Assembly (NCBI GenBank): GCA_002269645.1
Contig: NIVC01001180.1
Location: forward strand, 62,001 to 126,000
Reading direction: 5' to 3'
DNA: 64,000 nt
Origin: Macrostomum lignano
Lineage: Eukaryota
The translations under genes and the position numbers were made by a program. Positions 1 through 11,216 of this stretch are shown piece after piece. The stretch's first letter is position 1, and the number at the start of each line of letters is the position of its first letter. The notes under the pieces are model-generated. The model was given only the letters and a program-made list of their open reading frames with translations, searched no databases and had not been told where the DNA came from.

Positions 1-1430
1 CTGGGAAGTAAAGTGGGTGTGACAGACGATGATTCACAAATACTGACCAGCAGTTCAGTCTTTGGATAGGAAGCGCCGCTTACTGCATTGGAAATTCAAG
101 TATTTATTATATAAATCACAAGTCATATATAGTCTTCGCTTTGCATCTTAGCCTCATAATTTATTACTTTGTAATTGCAGGCAGCGTATTTTTTAAATTG
201 CGATTAACATTGCGCTAATTAATAATAAGTGACCCTAAACCTTTTATAATGAAATTACACAAGAAAATTTAGTGACGAAACCACTCTTCACCGTGTTCAA
301 TTTAACGCAACGCATCCGATAATGTAGTCGCAAGTGCGCTCCATTAACGACACCACGCCAGACATCATCCTGTCGAACAATGCGGACGGGCAGATCGGGT
401 GAAAAAATGACCAAAGGGTCGCATCACAGGCGTCCAATAAGATAAGAAGGCAAGCTGAAGCCTTCAGATAAGAAGGCAAGCTGAAGCCTTCAGATAAGAA
501 GGCAAACTGAAGCCTTCAGATAAGAAGGCAAGCTGAAGCCTTCAGATAAGAAGGCAAGCTGAAGCCTTCAGATAAGAAGGCAAACTGAAGCCTTCCGATA
601 AGAAGGCAAACTGAAGCCTTCAGATAAGAAGGCAAGCTGAAGCCTTCAGATAAGAAGGCAAACTGAAGCCTTCAGATAAGAAGGCAAGCTGAAGCCTTCA
701 GATAAGAAGGCAAGCTGAAGCCTTCAGATAAGAAGGCAAGCTGAAGCCTTCAGATAAGAAGGCAAGCTGAAGCCTTCAGATAAGAAGGCAAGCTGAAGCC
801 TTCAGATAAGAAGGCAAACTGAAACCTTCAGCTTTTGGTCGTCGTCGTCTGTATCTTCCAGGTGAGATAAGCCTCCTGCAGAATAACAGGCGCGAGGACG
901 AGAGGGTGGTACGAGCTATAGCTCAACTTCTACCTCAACAGTCAGTTTCTTTCGACCGCCGACTTCTTACCGCAAAAAGCTCTTTCATTGAATCCGAAAC
1001 CTCGTGGGGCTCTAAAGAAACGGAAGTTTGCGTTAAGAAAAAGCCTGGCCTCCTCGTGCTTCGAAGGAATGTCGTCGGCCTCGCAGGTGCCCAGATGGAC
1101 GCTTTTAGCAGCTGGTTCTTCATCTGCACTTAGATCTTAATTTTCATAATTGCCTCCCTCATCATCATCCACAAGTGCCATGCCATCACTGTTAGCGCTC
1201 GTGCCTTCGGTCTTCTTATCTATTTGCTTGCGTTTACGTGCGAACTTCTCGCGGCTCTTTTGCACGGCAGGACTGCTACATTCTGATAGGATCTTGCCGC
1301 GGAGTTCTTTTAACCGCCGGCTCAATTTTATGCGCCAAAATCGGAGGCCGTCGTCTGAACTGTCGCGAAGGCCCGGAAGAGTTGTGATGATGGCCGTGCA
1401 TACATCTCGAATTTCAACACGAGTGTGGTC
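1..1430 (-). pseudogene. Possible decayed coding remnant, weakly resembling SAMD3-like / transposon-associated proteins
   Basis: The minus strand from ~1430 reads DHTRVEIRDVCTAIITTLPGLRDSSDDGLRFWRIKLSRRLKELRGK..., then an acidic stretch with an in-frame TAA at 1137, then frameshifted MKELFAVR.../...YHPLVLAPVILQEAYLTW. The 26-bp array interrupts it. Family resemblance is judged by eye only. Confidence 0.25.
446..831. repeat. 26-bp minisatellite (AGGCAAGCTGAAGCCTTCAGATAAGA), ~14-15 copies
   Basis: CTGAAGCC recurs at 481, 507, etc. The unit contains the dyad CTGAAG-C-CTTCAG. Confidence 0.97.
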
Positions 1431-1534
1431 CTAAATATTTGAAATCATTCAGGCTTGTGCGTGAGACCATTTCCTTGAGGGTATAATAAGACAAATTGGT
1501 CGTCACTAAGCCGTAGATATGCGGTTGGGCCGGG

Positions 1535-2056
1535 CTAATAATCTGCTAAACGTAATAAAATAAAATCGAATTCCTTCATTGCTTCCTTCATGATCTTCGT
1601 CCCTTGCTCAATTTCGTTCGTAGCTCCGACGACGATGGTTCTTGTCGTCGTTTCCTCGTACTTGTCTGCGAGTTGCGGGGGGGAGGCTATGTCCTGACCT
1701 ACACGTCCAGCGAATTCCAAAAGTTTGGTCGGTTCCGTCGGCTGCGGCCTTTCTTTCTTGGCACGACGTATAGCGGCTTGGTGGTATATGTTGAACAGTA
1801 CCGGCGATGTGGCACATCCTTCTCTCAGTCCCCGCTGTGGGTAGGAGGGTGTGCTTTTTTCTTCGTCAGAGATGACCACATACGCCGTTGCCTCGTGCAG
1901 ATCTCGTAGCTTGTCGATAGCCGTCGCTGGCATTCCGTAGTGCGTAAGGAGTTGCCACAACGCCGGTTTATTGACGCGCGGGTAGGCTTTGCGGAGGTCG
2001 AGCAACTTGATGCTACAGTCGCAGGTCAGGTGGAAAGGGTTTTTGTTCCATGCCAT
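1535..2056 (-). mobile_element. Degenerate non-LTR retrotransposon (LINE, RTE-like) reverse transcriptase fragment
   Basis: LLDLRKAYPRVNKPALWQLLTHYGMP...QRGLREGCATSPVLFNIY matches the RT motifs D-x-x-K-A-[YF]-D and G-x-x-Q-G-x-x-x-S-P-x-L-F-N. Downstream it is frameshifted and no intact YADD/FADD motif is visible. The element may extend to ~2450. Confidence 0.85.
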
Positions 2057-3282
2057 TGCTGTAGTCGCGGATGCAAGCTATAACAAGAATGATGACGGAT
2101 GCCAGGACAATTTCCACTGCCTAAGAGAAATATTTCACTACTCCGACTCATAGTCGCTCTCATCCCTGCGCCGATGCCACCTCAGCGCCTGATTCTTCAC
2201 TCAATAAGTCCAGCTCCCCCCCCCAAAAAGTCTGACACTTGTCCCGCTAGCGCTCTGGTGACACGGAGTAAACAGAGGAGGCAGGGCTTCTGGTAGCCAC
2301 TTCACCTCTGGTGACGCGGATGCAGCCTCCGCTATCCGGGTTGCCAGTGGCTCATCCGACCAGAATATTTCCATGGCCAGCTCCGACCTGTCTATGGCAC
2401 GAGGAGAAGTCGGGGCGGCTGGGGACGTGGGTCTTGTTGGCACCATTCCGACTATGACGTCGTCAACCAGTCAATATTGTTATCGTTCTGTGCCGGCATG
2501 CCACCTCTGTAAACCGATGCGCCAGCTTCTGAGCATTCACTGATTTGCTGCCCACACCAATAGCGTGACGTAGTGTCCTTCTTGTCATATTAGGTTTTTA
2601 GGTTTAGAATTTAGGTTTTAAAATTTGAATGGTTAAAAACACAGTCGAGAGTTTTAAAAAAAAAAAAAATTGTCCCGCACATGTCCAAAAAGTGCTACAA
2701 CTCTTAGTGCTACATAGGTACGTAAAGAAAATAAAGAAATACATTCGCAAGTCTCACAAGACGCAAAACGGCGCCATTCAATCACATTAAATGTCCACCA
2801 CCAAGTCCAGCCGCACTTTTATGGCGGCCTTCTACACTTTTTTCCATTCTATTTTGGCAAAAGTGCAATCAAAGTCAAAATCTTTTCATTCAATTCAGAC
2901 AGTTTATGGTAGTTCTTGGCCGGACGTGCATTCAATTCCGACAAATGTGCTTTCAAAAGCGACAATTTTCAAACAAAGCAAACAAGCTACCACGAGAAAC
3001 CGACACTTTGCAATCAATTCAAACAATTTGCAATCAATTCCGACAGTTGGCTATGAATTAACTTTTTCTGTCCTCTTATCTATGGCTCATACTGCGAAAT
3101 TTCCAATCATGGAAATTTTGGCCTACGCATGGCAAACCACGAAACTAAACATTTCCTATACTGATAAGTTCCGAAAAGTGGTGAAAAGTTTCGCATTAGT
3201 GAGGAAAAGTAGCAAAGAACTTTCGCGGGTTGGAACTCTAACGCCCCTTGCATTGCTTCTACGCCTAAAGTGCCCACTGTAG

Positions 3283-3780
3283 ATGGGAACAATGACTTCC
3301 ATAGATGGGAACAAAGACTTCGGTAGATGGGAACAAAGACTTCCATAGATGGGAACAGACTTCCTCGACGGGAACAAAGACTTCAGCAGACAAGAACAAA
3401 CAAAGACTTCAATAGATGGGAACAAAGACTTCAGCAGACGGGAACAAAGACTTCCATAGATGGGAACAAAGACTTCAGCAGACGGGAACAAAGACTTCCA
3501 TAGATGGGAACAGACTTCCTCGACGGGAACAAAGACTTCAGCAGACAAGAACAAACAAAGACTTCAATAGATGGGAACAAAGACTTCAGCAGACGGGAAC
3601 AAAGACTTCCATAGATGGGAACAAAGACTTCAGCAGACGGGAACAAAGACTTCCATAGATGGGAACAAAGACTTCAGCAGACGGGAACAAATACTTCAGC
3701 AGACAAGAACAAAGACTTCCATAGATAGGAACAAAGATTCAGCAGACGGGAACAAAGACTTCAGCGACGGGAACAAAGAC
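3283..3780. repeat. ~22-bp two-variant minisatellite (GATGGGAACAAAGACTTCCATA / GACGGGAACAAAGACTTCAGCA) in the intron upstream of the CCDC148 exon at 3811
   Basis: Direct tandem repeats ending ~30 nt before the acceptor AG at 3809-3810. Confidence 0.95.
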
Positions 3781-3810
3781 AAGCTCTGTCCTCCCGTTAA
3801 ACAATGACAG

Positions 3811-6800
3811 GCATACCAGAGGAGGCCTGGGATCTGGAGTGCCCGTCGGACGATTTAAAAGCGGAAGCCCTGCAGGAGTTCATCCTGCTTGATCAGCGCT
3901 ATCTGGAGCGTCTAGCCGAGCTTCGAGAGAAATTCTCGACCACCCTGGCTAAAGCGCCATTCGGCGGCTGGCCGGAAGCTGAGCACAGGCTATTCGAACT
4001 GATCAGAGACGAATACCTGACTGGCCCGGTCGTGTTCAATCGGCACAGCCTGTGCGCCGACCGGCTGGAGCGGACGTTTCCGGCCAGGACCCGGCAGCAG
4101 CTGGCCGACCACGGCGACTGGCTGACGGCCTGGCGCGCTTGGTGCGAACGGCGCCACGTGCTGGCCGCTAGTTGGCGCCGGGCCCGAGCCGAACTGCTTG
4201 TGAAAATTGAGGCCACCTTTGCTCAGGCCTGGCAGCACGAGGAGGAGGATATTGTGCGAGAAGGTGCGTCCAGGGGATATTTAGATGGGTATTAAATGTG
4301 TATGGAGAAAGTGAATGGGCGCTTCTTGAAGAAACACGTAAATGGGGTATTTAGAATCAGTAGATGGGGTATTTAGAATCAGTAGATGGGTATTCAGAAT
4401 CAGTAGATGGGGTATTCAGAATCAGTCAATGTGGTATTCAGAATCAGTAGATGGGGTATTTAGAATCAGTAGATGGGGTATTTAGAATCAGTAGATGGGG
4501 TATTCAGAATCAGTAGATGGGGTATTTAGAATCAGTAGATGGGGTATTTAGAATCAGTAGATGGGGTATTCAGAATCAGTAGATGGGGTATTCAGAATCA
4601 GTAGATGGGGTATTCAGAATCAGTAGATGGGGTATTTAGAATCAGTAGATGGGGTATTTAGAATCTGTAGATAGGGTATTCAGAATCTGTAGATGGGGTA
4701 TTCAGAATCTGTAGATGGGGTATTTAGAATCAGTAGATGGGGTATTTAGAATCAGTAGATGGGGTATTTAGAATCAGTAGATGGGGTATTTAGAATCAGT
4801 AGATGGGGTATTTAGAATCAGTAGTTGGGGTATTTAGAATCAGTAGATGGGGTATTTAGAATCAGTTGATGGGGTATTCAGAATCAGTAGATGGGGTATT
4901 TAGAATCAGTAGATGGAGTATTTAGAATCAGTAGATGGGGTATTCAGAATCTGTAGATAGGGTATTTAGAATCAGTAGATGGGGTATTCAGAATCAGTAG
5001 ATGGGGTATTTAGAATCAGTAGATGTGGTATTCAGAATCAGTAGATGGGGTATTTAGAATCAGTAAATTGGGTATTCAGAATCAGTAGATGGGGTATTCA
5101 GAATCAGTAGATGGGGTATTTAGAATCAGTAGATGGGGTATTTAGAATCAATAAAGGATTTAGAATCAGTAAATGGGGTATTTAGAATCAGTAGATGGGG
5201 TATTCAGAATCAGTAGATGGGGTATTCAGAATCAGTAGATGGGGTAGTCAGAATCAGTAGATGGGGTATTTAGAGTCAGTAGATGGGGTATTTAGAATCA
5301 GTAGATGGGGTATTCAGAATCTGTAGATGGGGTATTTAGAATCAGTAGATGGGGTATTTAGAATCAGTAAATTGGGTATTCAGAATCAGTAGATGGGGTA
5401 TTCAGAATCAGTAGATGGGGTATTTAGAATCAGTAGATGTGGTATTTAGAATCAGTAGATGGGGTATTCAGAATCAGTAGATGGGGTATTCAGAATCAGT
5501 AGATGGGGTATTCAGAATCAGTAGATGGGGTATTTAGAATCAGTAGATGGGGTATTTAGAATCTGTAGATGGGGTATTCAGAATCTGTAGATGGGGTATT
5601 CAGAATCTGTAGATGGGGTATTTAGAATCAGTAGATGGGGTATTTAGAATCAGTAGATGGGGTATTTAGAATCAGTAGATGGGGTATTTAGAATCAGTAG
5701 ATGGGGTATTTAGAATCAGTAGATGGGGTATTTAGAATCAGTAGATGGGGTATTTAGAATCAGTAGATGGGGTATTTAGAATCAGTTGATGGGGTATTCA
5801 GAATCAGTAGATGGGGTATTTAGAATCAGTAGATGGAGTATTTAGAATCAGTAGATGGGGTATTCAGAATCTGTAGATAGGGTATTTAGAATCAGTAGAT
5901 GGGGTATTCAGAATCAGTAGATGGGGTATTTAGAATCAGTAGATGTGGTATTCAGAATCATTAGATGGGGTATTTAGAATCAGTAAATTGGGTATTCAGA
6001 ATCAGTAGATGGGGTATTCAGAATCAGTAGATGGGGTATTTAGAATCAGTAGATGGGGTATTTAGAATCAGTAAAGGATTTAGAACCAGTAAATGGGGTA
6101 TTTAGAATCAGTAGATGGGGTATTTAGAATCAGTAGATGGGGTATTCAGAATCAGTAGATGAGGTATTCAGAATCAGTAGATGGGGTATTTAGAGTCAGT
6201 AGATGGGGTATTTAGAATCAGTAGATGGGGTATTCAGAATCTGTAGATGGGGTATTTAGAATCAGTAGATGGGGTATTTAGAAGCAGTAGATGGGGTATT
6301 TAGAAGCAGTAGATGGGGTATTTAGAATCAGTAGATGGGGTATTTAGAATCAGTAGATGGGGTATTTAGAATCAGTAGATGTGGTATTCAGAATCAATAG
6401 ATGGGGTATTCAGAATCAGTAGATGGGGTATTTAGAATCAGTAGATGCTAATTACCCCTCAGGCGAGCGAGACAAGCGCGACGCTTTGCGCGCCGTTTTA
6501 TCCGAAAAGTTGCGCGTCTGGCGCCAACAGAAAGAGGAAGAGGCCCAGTTGGAGTTGCGCGCCGAGGAGCGGCGCCGGCAAGAGCTGGAGGAGCGGGAGC
6601 GCCAGGAGGCCGAGCGGGAGGAGCGGCAGCGGCAGCAGCAGCGGAGGCAACTGTCGACCTACCAGCAGGAGAAGGAGCGGCTGCGCAGCGAGGCGGCTGC
6701 CCGCGAGGAGGCCAGGCTGGAGCAGCTGAAGCGGCAGCTGCGTGAGCAGGCGGAGCGGGACGCCCAGCGGATCGGCTACCGGCGAGAGGAGCGGAGCAAG

Positions 6801-7678
6801 CGGATGGAGGCTGAGAGGATGCGAACTGAGCAGCTGGTAAGACTAGTAGAAGCAGATAAAGAAGTATAGAATAAAGGCAGTAGAGTGGAGAACTCAGGTA
6901 CGAAGTAGATTAGAGAATTCGAGTGAGAAGTAGATTAGAGAATTTGATTTAGAAGTAGATTGGAGAATTCGAGTGAGAAGTAGACTGGAAAATGCGATTG
7001 AGAAGTAGATTGGAGAATTCAGGTGAGAAGTAGATTGGAGAATTCGAGTGAGAAGTAGATTGGAGAATTCAGGTGAGAAGTAGACTGGAGAATTCGAGTG
7101 AGAAGTAGATTGGAGAATTCAGGTGAGAAGTAGACTGGAGAATTCGAGTGAGAAGTAGATTGGAGAATTCGAGTGAGAAGTAGATTGGAGAATTCGAGTG
7201 AGAAGTAGATTGGAGAATTCGAGTGAGAAGTAGATTGGAGAATTCGATTTAGAAGTAGATAAAGTCTCATCCGCCCCCCCAGGCCGAAGCTGGTGTGCAG
7301 CGCGAGGAGCGGCTGGAGCACCTGCGCGAACTTGTCAGGCCGCGCGTCCTGCCGGACATCGAGCGGGCCACCGGGGACACCGCCGCCTCCAAGCTGCACC
7401 AGCACCGCAGGCGCGGCCAGTCCTCGGCAGACGAAGAAGCTGACGAGCCGCTGCCAGTTCACGCGCCGGGTCCGACTGCGACGACTTTCACCGACAAGCA
7501 GATTCTGGCCGATCCGAGGGTCCGGCTGGAGGGCGCCCTGCGGCAGGCCGGCCTGATTGGCAATGACTACGCTAAGGAGCTGCTGCGGCGCCAGGCTGGG
7601 CCGCTGGAGCGGTACAGGAAGGACCAGGTGTCCACCGTGTTCAAGTATGAGCAGCAGCAGCAGCAGCAGCCTCACTGA
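3811..7678 (+). CDS. CCDC148: Coiled-coil domain-containing protein 148, 3' part; exons 3811-4263, 6463-6836, 7283-7678 (5' exons not identified, probably outside the window)
   Basis: The segments 'LECPSDDLKAEALQEF', 'GGWPEAEHRLFELIRDEY...DRLERTFPARTRQQL..H', a long E/R/Q coiled coil and the C-terminal 'FTDKQILADPRVRLEGALRQAGL...YAKELL...RKDQVSTVFK' match the CCDC148 pattern. All junctions are GT-AG with phases 1/1 and 0/0 consistent. Stop TGA is at 7676-7678. Confidence 0.85.
4345..6447. repeat. 22-bp intronic minisatellite (GTAGATGGGGTATTTAGAATCA), ~95 copies, with an internal ~920-bp duplication
   Basis: Period 22 (GAATCAG at 4441, 4463). It fills nearly all of CCDC148 intron 4264-6462. 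Confidence 0.98.
6905..7260. repeat. 25-bp intronic minisatellite (GAGTGAGAAGTAGATTGGAGAATTC)
   Basis: GTGAGAAG at 7023, 7048, 7073; lies inside intron 6837-7282. Confidence 0.96.
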
Positions 7679-7699
7679 CCGGTTTTTTTTGGGGGGGGA

Positions 7700-7980
7700 G
7701 TGACAGACAGAATGGCTGAGGAGGGACAGACTGCATGGACGATGGGTGACAGGCTGGATGAAGGAGGAGTGACAGATTAAATAACCGTGGAGTGACAGAT
7801 CAAATGACCGTTAGAGTGACAGATTAAATAACCGTGGAGTGACAGATCAAATAACCGTAGAGTGACAGACCAAGTGACCTTGAAGTGACAGATTAAACAG
7901 CCGTGGTGTGACAAATCAAGCGACCCATGAGTAGCGGACTAAATGACCGACGGGGTGACAATGACCAATGAGTGACAGAC
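7700..7980. repeat. Degenerate GAGTGACAG-core repeat downstream of the CCDC148 stop
   Basis: GAGTGACAGA/GTGACA recurs at ~25-nt spacing. Confidence 0.7.
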
Positions 7981-8569
7981 TGTCCGGGTATGAAGATGCT
8001 ATTAGCTACTCTGCATTAGCAACAGCTGTCGCATTGTTGGTCAATCGGTCTGTTAAATATTTGATTGAATTTATATTGTTCTCCAAATCAAAATGCTGTG
8101 TTGTATAAAGTTATTGTGTACTCGTAAGAGTTCTATGAAATTAGCTAGGAAATGCTTGACTTTGTAATTTCATTATCCAGAGTTCCGAACTGTAAATACT
8201 GAACGCCACTCCCCCAGTTTTAGCTAATTTCTTTTATCCATCCAAAAATCCCGTGCATTTTCCTTTGTTACTTTGGCCATGTTTGGGATTATAAAGTTTT
8301 CTTTTCAAGTAAACAAAATTTGGCTGTGAAAAAAACTTTTTACTCTACTGTTAGTAGCATGGTGAGTAGTAAAATTGGATTTTCTCATGTTTTTAATTTG
8401 TTAAATTTTGGCGCTAAAAGTGAAACGCAAATTTTCATGCTTAATTTTTGTCTTTTTTCTTTTGTTTTACCATTCCGAATTGTTCTTAGCAAAACTGGGA
8501 AGTCAATTTAAACAGTTTTGTGGCGCCACCATCAAGTTTGAGAGATGCCAAGTTCGTGGCTGTTGGGCG

Positions 8570-9902
8570 TCACTATCAAAACTGAGAGGCGCCACAAATC
8601 AAATCTGAGAGGCGCCACTAATCAAATCTAAGAGGCGCCACTAATCAAATCTGAGAGGCGCCACTAATCAAATCTAAGAGGCGCCACTAATCAAATCTGA
8701 GAGGCGCCACTAATCAAATCTAAGAGGCGCCACTAATCAAATCTGAGAGACGCCACTAATCAAATCTAAGAGGCGCCACTAATCAAATCTGAGGCGCCAC
8801 TATCAAATCTGGGAGGCGCCACTAATGAACTCTGAGAGGCGCCACTAATCTAGTCTGAGAGGTGCCACTAATCAAATCTAAGAGGCGCCACTAATCAAAT
8901 CTGAGAGGCGCCACGTATTAAGTCTGAGAGGCGTCACTATCAAGTCTGAGAGGCGCCACTTATCAAGTCTCAGAGGCGCCACTTATCAAGTCTCAGAGGC
9001 ACCACTTATCAAGTCTCAGAGGCGCCACTTATCAAGTCTCAGAGGCACCACTATCAAAGCTGAGAGGCGCCACCTACAGTATTAAGTTTGAGGGGCGCGA
9101 CTATCAAAGCTGAGAGGCGCCACTTGTCAAATCTGAGACGCGCCACTACCAAGTCTGAGGGGCGCCACTTATCAAGTCTGAGAGGCGCCACTAATCATAT
9201 CTGAGAGCACTATCAAATCTGAGAGGCGCCACTAATCATATCTGAGAGCACTATCAAATCTGAGAGGCGCCACTAATCAACTCTGAGAGGTGCCACTAAT
9301 CATATCTGAGAGCACTATCAAATCTGAGAGGCGCCACTAATCAACTCTGAGAGGTGCCACTAATCATATCTGAGAGCACTATCAAAGCTGAGAGGCGCCA
9401 CTAATCATATCTGAGAGCACTATCAAATCTGAGAGGCGCCACTAATCAACTCTGAGAGGTGCCACTAATCATATCTGAGAGCACTATCAAATCTGAGAGG
9501 CACCATGCACTAATCAACTCTGAGAGGTGCCACGTATGAAGTCTGAGAGGCGCCACTAATCTAGTCTGAGAGGCGTCACTATCAAAGCTGAGAGGCGCCA
9601 CTTGTCAAATCTGAGACGTGCCACTACCAAGTCTGAGGGGCGCCACACTATCAAAGCTGAGAGGCGCCACCTACAGTATTAAGTCTGAGGCGCCACTTTC
9701 AAGTCTGAGGGGCGCCACTATCAAGTCTGAGGGGCGCCACTATCAAAGCTGAGAGGCGCCACTTGTCAAATCTGAGACGCGCCACTACCAAGTCTGAGGG
9801 GCGCCACACTATCAAAGCTGAGAGGCGCCACTTATCGAGTCTGAGAGGCGCCACTAATCATATCTGAGAGGCGCCACTATCAAAGCTGAGAGGCGCCACT
9901 AA
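8570..9902. repeat. ~22-23-bp minisatellite (CTGAGAGGCGCCACTAATCAAAT) with composite variants
   Basis: GAGAGGCGCCACT core in tandem across 1.3 kb. Confidence 0.96.
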
Positions 9903-11216
9903 TCAAGTCTGGCATAGCAACATACACTGCACTGTAAATTTGATTCATCAAAACTTTTTAAACTTTCAAAAAAAGCATTTAAAAGCCAGATCGAAATCGT
10001 AGCTGGTCTTCTTGCCTTACAAAGCTTCAAACGATTCGCCTGGCTAATCAGATTAGATAAAGATTGCGCAAACAACGACAAAGCAGCCCATTGAGCCGCA
10101 GTACAGAGTGACACCATTGCCCTGGCGACAATGCAAAAACCAAATGATATTGTTAGGCATGCCATATTAAGATGACCCCAGCGCTAAAGAGATTCTCCAC
10201 TCCATAAGCCTCTGGCCCTCGCAACAATTGACTCTTACGAGCTTAGCAAGGTGTGAAATTAGGCCCTCTCTCTCTCTCGCTCGTGTCCAGTGCCGGCCAC
10301 CGCAGGGGTTTTCATGGCTGGTTGGCTTAAGCCCCCTCCCGTCTCCTCAACTTACTTATCCCACCTGGCTCGCGCGTGGGTCAAAAAATCGATCCATGTG
10401 TGAAATAGGATAACGATTTCACTGCTTGCGTCATCTTACTACATGGATATAAAGATCAGCTTAGACCGTGGCAACGCCATGGCAACTATCAGCTGAATGG
10501 ATGCTTGAACAAAAATAGCCAGGTAAGATTTAAAATTAGTTAATGAAGATTTTTCTAACATCGTTTGAAATTTTGCACTTCAATTTATAGTGTGTAATTA
10601 GTATATATTTATTGAATCATTGCAATAGCATGGCCAAAACAGCTGTGATATACTACTGAATATTGCATTGAGTAGTGCAACGTTAAAAATGTATGCATAA
10701 GTTTTGTGAAAGCTACAACAGTGTGATATGATTCATTTAGTAATGGTCTAACGTCTGTTTAGCCAATTCAAACATATTAATGAAAATAAATATGAAAATT
10801 AATGGATTTATAGTATTTATTGATTGAAAGAATAATTTGAAAATATTAATAATAGTATATTTTTGCGCTATATTATAAGATTGAGTATGACAAGGCGCAT
10901 ATAGCATTAACTGCATCAATTGCATATTAGATTTGCACAAATAAGTAAAATATATTGTATATATTGAATATTGCATGATATTGCATTGCACTGATCATAA
11001 ATCAAGTGATTAAAAGCTACCATAACACTACAGGCTGCACAAATTTATTGAATTCAAACGTGCTGGAACACCATTTTATGCGAGAGGGCTGGCTGCAAAG
11101 GCACGGCTTATTGGTATTGAAAGATTGAAGAAGTCAGGTGGAAACTCGAACGAAGCATTCGGATATAAAAGTATTTGATTTTCTGCTAAGTCCTTCATCG
11201 CTCGGTTGCCATGGCG

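Noticed and set aside
2791-3282. 163-aa plus-strand ORF
   Set aside because: It is built partly from degenerate CA(T/A)TCAATTC(C/A)GACA repeats in AT-rich sequence, with no recognisable domain or exon-like GC content.
10643-10728. K-box (CTGTGATA) matches downstream of the HES gene, as in E(spl) 3' UTRs
   Set aside because: Both matches (10643-10650, 10722-10728) are on the + strand, antisense to the HES mRNA. The Brd-box-like match near 11012 is only a 6-mer.
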